This document shows, in pieces, positions 13,290 to 26,989 of a DNA stretch of 64,000 nt. The first letter of the stretch is position 1. The number at the start of each line of letters is the position of its first letter. Origin of the DNA: Podarcis erhardii (Eukaryota); the NCBI GenBank assembly GCA_964252035.1, contig OZ176204.1, one strand, 5' to 3'. A model generated the notes under the pieces. It was given only the letters and a program-made list of their open reading frames with translations. It had not been told where the DNA came from and did no database searches. The translations under genes were made by a program, and so were the position numbers.

Positions 13290-14167
13290 AATGTCAATGC
13301 TCTACCAGGTTCAAATTTACAAAAATAACTTCTATTTGCTTAACTATAGGTAACTTACTAGATAGCTATTAAATCACTGAAGTTCCAAAGTCCCTCACCT
13401 GAACAGAGTGCAACAGAAGGCATATTAACTGTGAACAGAGACAATGTCCTGGGTATTCATATTCAGCTAATTACATGTCCAAGATGCATGGCAAAGATTT
13501 TGCAAGAGTGGTATCAGCAAGTGTATTCCTCAGCTGTGAGGAAATTAAAAAGTAGCAAGTCATGGATGGTTTCCAATATTTTGCATCTGAGAGTGTGAAG
13601 AAGTGATAGTCTGATATAGTCCAGACCACTACTTTTTATCAGCCAGCTGTCCCAAGAGAGAACAGTAACACCCTTTGATCCACTGCTGTGCAATCATTAA
13701 GCTTTTAAATAAATGCATAAAATGCCAACATTATCACCACCAGTAAAATGCCCTTCTGAAGATCAGGGCCATGCATATATACAGGCAATCTTGCCTACTT
13801 TGTTTTTACAAAATCCAAGGCAAGAAGCCAACAGCTGCTTTCATCAGGAAAAACTCATTCACCCTCATATTAATCACTGTGTACATAGATAGCAAAACAT
13901 ATTTCAACAATTAAAACCACATTAACTAATATTTGTACACTTTAAACAATTTTACTTGTCATCTTACACAGACATCATACTACAACTATGACTCCAAACT
14001 AGCAAAAATGTTAAAGCTATCATTCATTCCTTTCACTATTATTCCACTAATTCTCTTCCTCATAAACCTTCATTCTTAAGAGACATACATATCACATTTT
14101 CAACTTAGCAATTCGACATTTGCAGTACAAACTGGCATCTAGTATTCAAGCACCCCTCAGTTCTCCC

Positions 14168-14357
14168 CAGAGGTGCCAACTTGAATAAAATATTGGGGGG
14201 TGGGTAGGTAAGCCCTGTCCTGCATAATTAATCACATGATGCAGTGCACACACTCTATTTGAATGGCAATGCCCATCAACTTTGGGGCCCCCCAGCCCCC
14301 TCAAATATTTTAGGAGGGGGATGAAGCCCCCAAAGCCCCTAGGAGTTGGCTCCTATG
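14168..14357. mobile_element. hAT MITE with perfect 8-bp TSD
   Basis: TIRs CAGAGGTGCCAACT / AGTTGGCTCCTATG; target-site duplication (TSD) GTTCTCCC at 14160-14167 and 14358-14365. Confidence 0.9.
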
Positions 14358-14926
14358 GTTCTCCCCATCATTTCCTCTGTATTTATTTTATAAAAAATAT
14401 TCATAAAATATACCACTATTTATTTTTTAAAAAGGAGTGGTTTACAACAGTCATACATAAAACCATATAAAATTATAATGTCAGAGATCAAGTAATAATT
14501 ATGGAAAGATGTATTCTTAATTTCCTGCATAAGCCAGATAGAATAGAAAAGTTTTCAGCAGGTGTTTAAAGGCTGAAACAGAAGGTGCCTTCTGAATTTC
14601 TACCGGCAGAGTATTTCACAGGAATTCCATAGCAAACTCAATTATCCTAATATGAATCCTTATGTAAGTAAAATGGCACCACACCCACAAAAGAGAGTCA
14701 TCAGCATGCTCAAAGAAACACCAAGATTTTTCAGGAATAGTTATATAAGCAAATATTCCAAGGTAGAAGCCCAGTGCACTTTCACATTGTGCACAAGCAT
14801 TATAAGTGTACCCATCAGAAGGTTTTGTACCATGTAATGTAAGTGATGGAGGCTATATTTTGTTTTCACCACAACCACATCCCAAAGCACAGCAACTTAC
14901 TTCTCTCCATAAGAGTAAAAGGCATA

Positions 14927-15132
14927 CAGTGGTACCTCAGGTTAAGTATTTAATTCGTTCCGGAGGTCTGTTCTTAACCTGAAGCACCACTTTAGCTAAT
15001 GGGGCCTCCTGCTGCCGCCGCGCCGCCAGAGCACAATTTCTGTTCTTAACCTGAAGCACTATTTCTGGGTTAGCGGAGTGTGTAACCTGAAGCGTATGTA
15101 ACATGAAGCATACGTAACCTGACGTACCACTG
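14927..15132. mobile_element. Tigger/pogo-like MITE, subfamily A
   Basis: TIRs CAGTGGTACCTCAGGTTA / TAACCTGACGTACCACTG flanked by TA. Confidence 0.9.
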
Positions 15133-16055
15133 TACATTCACTGCTCTAAGAGAAAGAAGAGAAGTACACCCAGACAAAAACAATTGTCATAGTGGCTAAA
15201 CAGGCTCTTTCTTCCCAACAATACCAGTCAATAAACACCAAGCTTGCTCCATTCTTCATAGCTCATCTCAAATTCCATTTCCTGTTCATGACTGACAGAA
15301 CATTGGCAAGTGACTTCTTTGAATATAGATTTCTGAAAGTATCTAATTGGTTAGATTGCATAAACTACTGCAGTTCATCTTCATCACATTAAAACCACAT
15401 ATAGTCACTACAAAGTTCAAGTATTTTTACTACCGGGCAGGAAGAGGGAGTGAGAAGAAGCAATCAAACATTATTCCTTAACAAGAAGAGAGATGCTTTG
15501 AGAACTACATGCCAATTTCACAGACAGAAGTTGATCACATTCAGAAGCGTCCAGGTTCTTTTCAATGACCAAAAGAGCAATAATATTTACACAACATACG
15601 TTCCACATCAATATGCAATATAACTCTCCAAGTGTTCTGACAAATCACAGCTGTGAACAACTCAGTTTTTTGGTATCTAAGATTCAGCCAACAAGTAGTA
15701 CCTTCAAGAAGTGAAACCAAACCATGCACATCTCATAGCTCAGCAGGATGGAAGTAAACATACTTGTTACCTGAAAAATTTAGACCCGCCCTTTCATTTC
15801 ACAACATCAGATCTGCCAAGAGGGAGGAATAACCAGGCAGACAGAGAACAGTCAGAATCTCCATGAGGGGGCAGATGTCATTTGATCCTCCCATATAAGA
15901 GAACTCTGTGTCCATGTTTACAATTTCATTACAGATTCCCCGCATAACTAGCCAGGAGTGAGAAACATGGCCAGAAGTACTCTCTGCCACTTTCTTCCGG
16001 TAAAGAATAGGAGCAGGTTCAGACTGCAACAGAGAGGCAAATATGATTCTATATA

Positions 16056-16209
16056 CCATATTTTTCCATGTATAAAACTAGGTTTTTCTCCTAAAAAATA
16101 ATGTCGAAAATTAGGGGGCGTCTTATACATGGGGCCATCTCTCCCCATTTTCTTAAATCTGAGTCCCCCAAAATATACATGGGAGAGTCTTATAGACGGA
16201 AAAATACGG
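16056..16209. mobile_element. Tc1/mariner (Tc2-like) MITE, shorter and more diverged
   Basis: TA|CCATATTTTTCCATGTATAA ... TCTTATAGACGGAAAAATACGG. Confidence 0.75.
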
Positions 16210-16747
16210 GTACTTGGCAGATATAATTAAATCAGAGATCATTTGTTATAGGTATCCCAGGATGCTATTGAGCAGCATAAAGATTAGATACTTCACAAGT
16301 GAGGGCATGTAGTGGAATAAGAGTAGGGATTGTTCAGCACTTTAATAATCACAGCAAGTACAAAGGACATGTCATTCCCAACTGTGAGCTGCAAGGATTA
16401 CTCAATCTGTTAACAAAATGTTAAGCAACTTGCAATGCACATGCATAGTTTGTATTTCCTTTACCTTGGGAAAAAGCATGGGGCTGCCATGACATCCTCT
16501 CCTTGCTCTTTTCCTACCCTGCACAATGTAAATAGGAGAGGCCGTCAAGGCATGCAGAGACAGTTATCTCTGCATGTGTTTTGCTGCCTTTCTTCCGAGG
16601 CTTTCTTTTTACTACTGTACCTTTAAGAATGCAGTGTCAGTTTCACCATGTCTTCTATTAACACCCTATTCATTTTGGTCACCTCTTTGGTAGCTGGTTA
16701 TTAAAAATGAGAGGTTAAGGTAGTCAAATCAGCTTTCTATTAAGACA

Positions 16748-16881
16748 CCACTGGAGAACCAGTAGCCCTCCAAGTGTTTGTGGACTACAACTTCCATCAT
16801 CCCTGACCACTGGCCATGCTGGCTAGGGCAGATGGGAGTTGGCAGTTCAAGACCTGGAGAGCCATAGGTTTCCCAGTGCTG
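16748..16881. mobile_element. Short palindromic MITE (CCCTCCAGATGTT...GGACTACAA family)
   Basis: Imperfect palindrome; related copies near 24398, 41250, 43752, 46983 and 48447. Confidence 0.7.
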
Positions 16882-16922
16882 TTTTAGGAAGAAAACTTGT
16901 TCTTAATAGAAAGCAGCAAAAT

Positions 16923-17085
16923 TAGGGTTGCCATACTTCAAAAAGTGAAAATCCGGACAGAGAAGTTGTGGACACTGCTGACATGGGCTGCCTTACACCT
17001 GGAATTTCCCATACATTTAGCTGTACTGCTTGCGGCTGCAGTATTCCAGATATGTCTGGAAAATTCTGGAGATATGGCAACCCTA
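16923..17085. mobile_element. hAT-type MITE with TAGGG-class TIR
   Basis: Perfect 13-bp TIR TAGGGTTGCCATA / TATGGCAACCCTA; degenerate TSD AGCAAAAT / GTCAAAAT. Confidence 0.85.
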
Positions 17086-19926
17086 GTCAAAATGAACAGC
17101 AAATAGTCAAAATGCTTCCCCCCTCCCCTGTCCCAACCTGTTTAGCTATAGCAATTTGTCCTGGGCCTTAAAAATGTCCAGAATGAAGATAAAAACAGCT
17201 TGATGAGGTTGTGTCAGTCCAACATAAATACAAATATAACACTATCAGTTTAAGTAAACTTGCTCTCATTCCATGGCCTAATTTAACCTGTTGGTTTAAA
17301 GTCTCTCTCTCTCTTTTATAATTGTAGAACCTGATGAGCTAAGAAATTTATCTTTCTGATGGGCCTTCAGGATCAAGTTCCACATGAGCTGCTGTGAGGA
17401 AAAAGATTTTTCACTCTTGGTTTTATTACTACTTTATGCAAGACATACCACATGCTGTCCAATCCCTGACCATACAAATTAGATCTTAAAAGCACTGTGG
17501 GATGCTTATTTTTGTTTACAGTAGAGCACTGTGTCCCTGGGACCCTTCCAGACATGTAAAAGTTCTCTCTCTATAAAATTCAGCTTGCTACACTGTATAT
17601 AGAGCACATCTGCTAAGGGGTGTCTACACCACAAAATCAATCTACTGTACCTTCAAATCTGTTTAAATTGCCATGACAGCTAGCCAAAGAATCCTGAGAA
17701 CTTTAGTTTTGTGAAGAGGGCAGGCGTCTTTAGCAAAGAAATCCCGCACCAACTTTAGGTTTTACTGTTTCTCAGTCTAGTAGTACTCAGAAGCAAACTT
17801 TTCACAATTCAGTGTGCCTTCAAGTGACCTCTATTTCATCCAGATCAAGACTGTTTAAGCAAGGCAAAGTACAAGGCCAGTAGACCTGTACTCTGTACTT
17901 TGTACATCTGGGCCTAGCTTCAACCCACAGTTAAGCTCATGTCTTGGGGAAATCAAACTGAAACAGCTGTTGCAATCTGAAAAACTGAAAAACACTCATT
18001 TATCTTGCATATTAGTAAAATGAAACAGAACAGATTTCTTAACACTAGAGTTTGAACAGCCTTATTCCACGCTGAAATTCCCTCAGCCAGGGAGTCTAGA
18101 AAACTCTGTTTCTACAGTTCATAAGGTTGTAGGTACAGAATCTTGCAAATTACTTTGTTTTACATCCCACCCTTCAATATGTCCTAAATTCTTTCCCACA
18201 GATCCCTGACCTTCTACAACATACCAACTTCCCTTCTACAATATACCAAATCCAAATCTTTCCCCTAAACACAGAGCAAATTGTAAATTCTGAACAAGCC
18301 CCAAATTGTACAAGCAGAAGGAATAATCCAAATGAAGCAAGTCTGTCCAGAGTTTGAGACTGTGAGGCACAGAATTACAGAAGTCCTGATCTCAGCAGCC
18401 CTACAGCAACAACAACCAGTAGTACTATCATTTAATCTCAATCTGTGATCAAAGAGAATAAAGCACTGAGACACTATGGACTAAACATAAAAACACTTTA
18501 GTCACATTCCAGAACAGCAGAATATTAATACAGACCTGTAGTAGTAAACATTATGGATGATTTCAAATCCACTGTTCACATGAATCAAGTCTTTTGTAAT
18601 GCTGCTATAAAATCATGAGAGATACCCCATTACTCCAGAATGGGAGACTATATAAAAATAAATCGAGCATTTTCCAATAAATATAATTTTGCAAATACAT
18701 ATGGTGAAAGAGATACACAACGTGGTGATATCTATTACTCCAGGACCCATGTACATTATGGGAACAAGCTGCAATATAAGACATAGCAGCATGATTACCA
18801 TATCAGCATTATTATTTTTTATGTCAGTTGATACTACTGTATACATGAACCATTGTCGGCAGCACATAAACTCATTTGAGCATCCAAGTTTTGTACTGGG
18901 TCGAATTGGTTTTGCAGGCTTTCACAGCACACCCTTGAAAAAGTTGAAAGTAGGTCCCAGAAGGATGACCAGCTGCAAGTGTCTTTACATTTGAGTGTGA
19001 TTGTCACAGACGTACATTGGAGAGTTCTCATGAGAAATAGCACAATCCAACTGCTAGAGCAGCTATGAAACTATTAAACAAACACACACACACACCAGAC
19101 TTTCCTTAAATGACAATAAATACACCTGCACTTATGCAGCTTTTAAAAAAAGAAATTAAAAGTGAAAAATTTCCTTTGGCATAAAGCTACTTGCAATACA
19201 ATATAGATAATTTCAACACCACATTGATTTGTTTGGGAGTAACTAATCACTAGAGGAAACTTTCTGGGAGGAAGCAAACAGGCCTTTCCCCATGCCTTCC
19301 TTATCTTCCCTTTTCGCCCATTGAACAACTTGTTCAGTTTTCAAGCTACTAATGCTGGACTAGGATTAGTGCCACAATAGGAATAAAGATGGTGTGCCCA
19401 GAATCCACTCAAGCCTCTTTTGCACCAGGCAAAGACTTTTCCGTATCTTATATTTATTTTATTTATTAAATTTATATACCATCCTTCATCCGAAGATCTC
19501 AGGACGGTTAACAAGATAAAAATACAATATAGAAAAACAAAATAAATAGTTATAACGGAAACAAAACAATAACCCTCTGATCCCACAACCACATTTAAAA
19601 GGCCCTGCTGTGATGCTGTGTCTTGTCAATCTACTGGTTTTATTGGGAGGAAATCAACATCAGATTCTTCTGATCGTTTCCCATCAGTGCAAAAATTTTT
19701 GCCTGCCAGGTGGAATGATTCCCTCTCTCTGCATGCTGTTCTGTGGGTTTTCCTGAACCAGATTTGGGAGATGGAGGGGGGCACATGGGAGAGCCCTCTT
19801 GGACTAAAGGGAGCCCTTGACCTGACTTCCACTTCCACACCAGATGGACTGAATCTGGGCTGTTGCTTTTCATTCTCATAGGATTTGTTAGCTGCACTGA
19901 GAACAGCAACACTGAAGGGTAGGGTA

Positions 19927-20154
19927 CAGTGGTACCTCCAGTTACGAACTTAATTCGTTCCAGAAGTCCATTCTTAAGCTGAAACCGTTCCTAACATGAG
20001 GTGCGCTTTCGCTAATGGCGCCTCCCGCCAGCGTGTGACTTCCACTCGTATCCCAGGGCAAAGTTCTCAACCAGGAGCATCTACTTTTGGGTTAGCGGAG
20101 CTCGTAACCTGAAGTGTTCGCAAGGAGGACAGTACGTAACACGAGGTTCCACTA
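19927..20154. mobile_element. Tigger/pogo-like MITE, subfamily B
   Basis: Closely similar to 1869-2107, same CGAGGTTCCACT right end, TA flanks. Confidence 0.88.
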
Positions 20155-20836
20155 TATAATTTCCTCAGTAAATGGCGGCTAGCCTCATTGCTTCTCAGAA
20201 AGTAACTTCTAATAAATAGCTGGGAAAGAAACCGACATATGATCCCCCAACATCAGACAAAACTACTACATTCAGCATTCAGTTTGAGGTAAGAATGCCA
20301 CCTACTGGTTCCTGGTGCTTCAAGATTGACTTGTTTTGACTCTACTTTGGCTCACAAGATGAGGCATGATCAAAAGAACTGGGAACTATTGCTGCTAGTG
20401 AAAGGAAGGGAGGATTATCTTGGCTGGAATGCAGGCTTACATAAAAGTTAAAATGTTGAATTCTTAAGTTACTGATAACGGCTTATCCGAAAACCGCATT
20501 AGTTATAGGTGAATTAACTCCAACACAAGATGTTTGGAGAGAGATCAAGAGAAAGGGGAATATCCAGTTAACACTAATGCTTTATTTTACAACCATGAGA
20601 GAAAAACATAAAGGCATTTTGTTTTTGCAAAATCATACTACAAGGAAACAGGTAAAGATGGACTCAGCCAAAATGTCATGAAATTACCACATACAGAACT
20701 CCAAGTAAGTTTTGAAATTCGTGCCCCAGAGCTTTCATCAACCCTACATGCAAGAATGCAAAACCAGACAGAAGAAGATGCTATAGTCACAAACTTAAAT
20801 GAGCCTCTATGACTTAATTTGAAAGATTTTGAAGTA

Positions 20837-21062
20837 CAGTGGTACCTCGGGTTAAGTACTTAATTCTTTCTGGAGGTCCATTCTTAACCTGAAACTGTTC
20901 TTAACCTGAAGCACCACTTTAGCTAATGGGGCCTCCTGCTGCTGCTGCGCGGCCAGAACACGATTTCTGTTCTCATCCTGAAGCAAAGTTCTTAACCAGA
21001 GGTAATATTTCTGGGTTAGCGGAGTCTGTAACCTGAAGCGTATGTAACCCAAGGTACCACTG
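20837..21062. mobile_element. Tigger/pogo-like MITE, subfamily A
   Basis: TA|CAGTGGTACCTCGGGTTA ... TAACCCAAGGTACCACTG. Confidence 0.9.
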
Positions 21063-22744
21063 TTTCTTACTTTGTCTTACTCACCATGAGACCTTACAAT
21101 GCATTGAACATGTTTGATGAGCTCTGCTCCTCCAGGCCAAATTGCTCTTAGAAAGCTGCAGAAAGGGGCCAAAGTTTCACATACATCTGGCACATACACC
21201 AAGAGTTTGTGGCAACTGCCGCTGGTCAGCACATGAACACTACAACAAAGGCAGCTGCTACTAGGCTAAGGCTCAAGTTTCCATATTAGAACATCAGTTG
21301 TCCTCCCAAGCCATTCCTGAAGAAGTAGCACTCAGTCAGTACTATGAATTGCTGCCACACTGCAATCCAGTCTTATTGAGGTTATGGAAAGTTGTGTTCT
21401 ACATGCTCCTCTTTTCTCCAAGAAACACATTAAAGAGCATATTTTCCTCCATCACCATATCCAGCATGGAACATAGTTTTGAGGTGTTACCCACTACAAA
21501 ATCCCAATCTCCATGCATTCCTTTTCCCATTTACACTACCTATTACAATGTTTTTTGTCAATACTTTACCAACATATCCCAAACTTTTTTTCTGTTTACA
21601 AATTCATAGTCAGATAATTATTAAAACAGATAACTTCTTTCTACCTCTTTAGAACTGTATGAAATCAGTAGTTTCCTCTGCAATGTTCAAATATCATCCA
21701 CAGCTGAAGCATTCCTTCTGAATCCAGCTTACGCTACTCACAACACTTATTTAGTGCCTTACTAAGGTCTTATTTATTGCAATGCTAAGGTCATCTGCTT
21801 AAAACTGCGCCGACCTCCATAAAAAGGCACATGGAGAATAAGGCAAATAAATTTGAATCAAACCTAACACATGTTGCTCTTTGTGCTTGCAGATTTGCAC
21901 TTCCAGATAATCTAAAGAGTCTGACCGCCATACATCTCCACATCAAATAGACAACGGCAGTTTCCATTACAATGGCAAAACCAAGTTCAGAAAGTATCAA
22001 AAGTTGAACTAGATTCTGGCTCTTTACAATGAATGTGAATTAGGGTCTTTCAACAGTATATTCTATGAGGCTTGAAACCCTGCGGTTGACATGTTTAAGC
22101 ACCATTTGAAAATTATCTTTATCCAGGTTTTTTATTTGAGATCTGTTTTACATTGGGGTACAGTGCACACACCACTTTTTAGTACTGCACAATGTAATGA
22201 TTTTACAGTTATGTTTAATTTAGATGCTTGTTTTAATGATTTACTACATAAAGGCACCTTCTGCTCCAGACTGGAATAAGGGTTGGGTGCAAAAACATCG
22301 AAATTATAATAACTATTATTATTACAAATGAAATTTCAGTTCGAGCATGTGAAATTTAGCTACATGCACAAACAAGAACAATCTCTATGCCTCCCCAGGG
22401 CCTTTGCTTCTCTGTCCACACCTTTTATTTATCTATCTAATAAAATTTATATACTGTTTAATTGTATATGAAACCTCCAAGCAATTTACAAAAAATATAA
22501 AATATACGTTTTGTTGTTTTTTGTTCTGTTTTATGGTATATTTATTTGTGTTTTTAACAGTGTTGTAAGTCAGTTAGAGACCTTGGGTAACAAGTGACTA
22601 ACATCTAAAAGAAAACGAAAAAGAATTTATTATTATTAATAAAAAAACTCAAAGTTAAGAACAAGTTTAAAGAATCTGAAAATGAGTAAAATCAGCAGTT
22701 AAAATTATACATTATAAGCTAAAATTACAGACTTAAATACAGGT

Positions 22745-23010
22745 TAACTTCACCTGTCTGGCTAGACTTCCCTAAACAGGAGAGTTTTTAGCACATGCTA
22801 AAAAGAATACAGTGAAGGTGTCTGCCTAATGTCAATGGACAGGGAATTCCAGAGTGCAGGAGCTACCACACTAAAAGATCAATTATTTACAAGCGTAGAA
22901 CAAACATAATGTGGCACTTGCAAAAGTACAGGTTCCATGGATTGAAGTGGCTGAGAGGGCATATATGGTGTAAGGATATCCTTTAAGTAAACTGGCCTCA
23001 AGCTGTTAAC
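22745..23010 (-). mobile_element. L2 LINE 3' fragment
   Basis: GAAGGTGTCTGCCTAAT..GGGAATTCCAGAG..GGAGCTACCACACTAAAAG resembles the L2 3' region. Confidence 0.6.
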
Positions 23011-24496
23011 AGTTTCCTACCAACTACACAGAACTCCTATGTTTCTCTCCCATTCATTCATCCTTCATCACATGCCTGAATGGAAGCTCTACCTGCTGCA
23101 CCCCCGCCATATTTGGCTCTCCAGCTTCCTACACCCTCCAACAATACTGACTTGAGCATCCTGTCTTTGTTCCCAAATTGTTAGCAACAGGACAGACCCC
23201 AGCCTAAGTCCTGTGCGAATGTTTTTCAAGTCACTTATCTCACAAAAGTTATAGTGTTTGGCCGTGGGCTTTCTCTCTTCCCCCTAAGCTTTAAACCTTT
23301 GCAAATGTTTTACGGCATCATAACAAACATCCAAGAGAGACTGTTCAGGACAGGCAGTTTTCAGCCTGTTACCTAAAGTCTACTGTATGTATTTCATCCA
23401 AAAGACTCAAGGCTCTAAACATTCCCCTCTAACCTAAGTTCCAACAAACTACAACAGCAATTCAAAACAAGAACCTACATGTTGGTAAGACTCTACAAAA
23501 GTGATTGTAGAATGTCAGCTTATGCAAAGGCCTGCGTTACTTTTAATTTTTATACAGTACTTAGCAATGCTTTGTAAATTATAAAACAACATGGCAGATG
23601 TCTGTGCTCAAGTACAGTATTGTAATGGTATGACGCGCAGCAAAGGTGTTAAGCTCCTAAAATAAAGAACCTCAAATATCTAACTGGTCAAGAATAATAA
23701 GAGGGAAAAACCTGCAATCATCCTTCCTAGAAGCTGCCCTAACAGCCCTCCTCTCTGTATCTCTCCAGGAAAACCTTGAGATCCCTGTATATGAATATAT
23801 GAGATCCCTGTTCACTTCAGTCTAAGCATGTGGAAGAGAATGGAGAACAAGTGATTTCTGTTATGATTAAAATGGAAAACTCTACAATAAGGGGACAGTT
23901 TTAACCCCGGAATACCCTCTCTCAATAAAAATCCACCAAGCACCACTTCTTATTTTTAGGCATCTGTTCAAGAATTTCTTGTATCAACAAGTCTCTTCAG
24001 TTGATGGATTTTAAGAGATTGGCCAGTTATTTACAACGTTTCTGTTTTTATATTTTTCTTATCTTATATCTTTAATATTAGTTGGACAATGCTTAGATGC
24101 CTTCTATAGGATTTTGTGGTTTATAAATAAATAATTTATATTTTTATAAATATAATTATAAAATATAATAATTTAATATTTTTATAAATAAATAATAAAC
24201 TTTATCTCCACTCAATTATATCTAAGATCCTCTTCCTTGACTCACTAGCAATGTGGTTCATCAGTCACCACTTGACCACAAATAGCCAGTAATTAGGAAT
24301 TGGGCAAGGATGCATAGAAGAAATAAACTGCCATGGAAGGATCATTTGCTAGTGGGTGGCACCTACCTCTGTTATTCACTCCATCTCAAATACTTTAGAG
24401 CAAGTGTGGGGAACCTTTGGCCCTCTTGATGTTGATGAACTACAACTCCCATCAGCCCCAGCAAGCAACGCCAATCGCCAGGAGTGATGAAATCTG

Positions 24497-24640
24497 TAGA
24501 ATCATAGAATTGTAGAGTTGGAAGGGACCACAAGGGTCATCGAGTCCAACCACCGCAATGCAGGAATCTTTTTGCCCAACATGGAGCTTGAACCCACAAA
24601 CCTGAGATTAAGAGTCTCGTGCTCTACCAACTGAGCTATC
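24497..24640 (-). mobile_element. tRNA(Lys)-derived SINE with CR1 tail (Squam3-like)
   Basis: TAGCTCAGTTGGTAGAGCACGAGACTCTTAATCTC head; tail GGTCCCTTCCAACTCTACAATTCTATGATTCT shared with the adjacent CR1. Confidence 0.85.
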
Positions 24641-24683
24641 TGTTTGCCCAAATGTTACTCACAGTTGCCTTAAAGATATATCA

Positions 24684-25215
24684 CAGAATCATAGAATTGT
24701 AGTATTGGAAGGGACCCCAGAAGTCATCTAGTCCAACCCCTGGCAATACATGACAGATGGCCATCCAGCCTCTGCTTAAAAGGAGGAAGAAGAGTCCACC
24801 ACCTCTCATGGGAATCTGTTCCACTGTCAAACAGCTCTTACTGCCAGGAATTTCTTCCTGATGTTTAGTTAGAAACTCCTTTATTATAAATTGAATCCAT
24901 TGGTTTGAATCCCACCTACCAGAGCAGAAGAATACAAGTTTGCCCCATCTTCCATATGATAGCCCTTTAGATATTTGAAGATGGCTATCACATATCCTCT
25001 CAGTCTCCTCTTTACCAGATTGAACATACCCAACTTCCTCAACCATTCCTAAGGCTTGGTTTCCAGACCCTTTATCGTCTTGACTTCCCTCCTATGCACA
25101 CATTGCAGCTTGTCAATATCTTTCTTAAACTGTGGTGCCCAGAACTGGACACAGCACGTCAGGTGTGGTCTGACCAAGGCAGACTAGAACGAGACTATTA
25201 CTTTTCTTGATCAGG
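24684..25215 (-). mobile_element. CR1 LINE, 3' fragment
   Basis: (ATTCTATG)-type tail; decayed ORF2 C-terminus (..GMFNL.KRRLRG..I..FKYLKG..WN..P) with stops. Confidence 0.9.
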
Positions 25216-26475
25216 ACATACATATATACCTTCCACATGCATTAGCAAAATCTGTAAGGTTTGTAATGCCCCAAAAGTTTATGGCATAAACTATTTGTTC
25301 ACTGAAACTGAAAAGATAGAATGGTAAAAGCATGTTCAAGCAAATTTAAACCCAGTATGTTAATTCAAATACAGGAAGTCAGCACAAAAAGAAAACACGT
25401 ATACAACATTCCCATATGGTTGATGGAATTAACAAAAGCAAATGAAGCTGAACAGGCCTTGCTCCTATTACCATCAATCCCCTTACCTCTTTGATATGGC
25501 AAAGATTACAATTCAGCTCCCGCATAAGAGAATTGCCTTCCAAGATCCAGATACAAAATAAATGCCTCTTCCACAAAACCACCTCCCTGTTCCAGATTTT
25601 TGAACTTTCACTAATAATGCCAAACCCTTCTCCTCCTCCTTTTCCAAAAAAGTTCCACTCTTTCCCAGAGATATGTTTGCAAAAAAGAGCACTCTGTGGT
25701 ATCTTCAAAACCAGTTTATTACATACGAAAACAAAAGATTACATATGAAAACAAAAAAAACAAAAGGGCAAAAGGAACTACTTCAACAAGTAACATGCAA
25801 AAAAACCAAATTCCTAAAGAAGGGGGACAACACAAACTGCATTTAGCAGAATATAGGAGGAGAAACACTAAAATTTGAGACAAATTACCCTTTTTGTGAT
25901 AATCATTTATTTAGACCACAAGAGAGCACTCATTAAAAATTTGGACACTCATTATGTAGCCTCTAATTCTGTGTCCTAGACTTTAAGTTTAGCGACCTTA
26001 AGGTCAGAGATAAAATGCCTAGGGAGAACACAATGTTCGCCCACTAGTTTCTGTAGGTTTCCATTTACCAAGTTTGAGTTGCATCCATTCATTCTTCCGG
26101 GAAGAAACTATCCTGTTTGGCTTACATACTTGTTACATCTGATGAAAACTCTTATCTAGGGCAAGTTTGACTGCTGTTTTAAAAGATGCCACTATATATT
26201 TGGTTGCCACACATGTAAACAGTTAGCATTCTGGAATTAGGACTGCTTCACACATGACATTTTTCTTACTCAGGACCACTTTTCATGCCATACTTTATAC
26301 TCAACCACACAGAATACACACCACCTTAAGGACACCTGTCTATTACCTGCAGGTTAGCCCTTCAAAATAAACAGTAGGATCAGCTGAATAGGGACTTGCA
26401 CCCCATAGCGGCAAGCTATACTATCTATGCCTGTACATCCTTCACAAGAGAGGTTGTGTGTGTGTGTTGTATATA

Positions 26476-26717
26476 CAGTGGTACCTCGGGTTACATATGC
26501 TTCAGGTTACATACGCTTCAGGTTACAGACTCTGCTAACCCAGAAATATTACCTTGGGTTAAGAACCTTGCTTCAGGATGAGAACAGAAATTGCAGTGTG
26601 GCGGCACAGCGGCAGCAGGAGGCCTCATTAGCTAAAGTGGTGCTTCAGGTTAAGAACAGTTTCAAGTTAAGAACAGACCTCCGGACCGAATTAAGTACTT
26701 AACCCAAGGTACCACTG
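26476..26717. mobile_element. Tigger/pogo-like MITE, subfamily A
   Basis: Full TIRs and TA duplication. Confidence 0.92.
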
Positions 26718-26989
26718 TACAGGTATGTAAACCGAAGTGCAAAACACCACATGATATAATCAGCCCACAGAGTGCCAGAGGGTGAACCCTAGTTGCACTT
26801 GTACACTCAGGGAAGCAAATGTATGAAATCAGGAATGACAACTTAACATGCACATTTCGTTTTCCCCAGGAAGGCTTAGTGTGCCAGACATTTTCTACTG
26901 CGAGAAGCACAACATCCCAAGGATTACACTTTTGCCACAACAAATGACCCCACCAGCCTTTCCAACAGGGATGCCCCTTCATCTCCCTC

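Noticed and set aside
14937-15137. Recurrent ORFs containing APLAKVVLQVKN (also 20852, 26427, 35468, 58476, 58827)
   Set aside because: Chance frames within copies of the same non-coding MITE, not a gene family.
21355-21760. Possible decayed L1 endonuclease region (similar ambiguity at 25440-25860)
   Set aside because: Too degenerate to translate convincingly by eye.
24120-24200. AT-rich quasi-palindromic stretch
   Set aside because: Low-complexity tail of an L2-like fragment.
24570-24640. tRNA-Lys(CTT)-like sequence
   Set aside because: Acceptor stem and T-arm are degraded and it runs into a CR1 tail; it is a SINE head.
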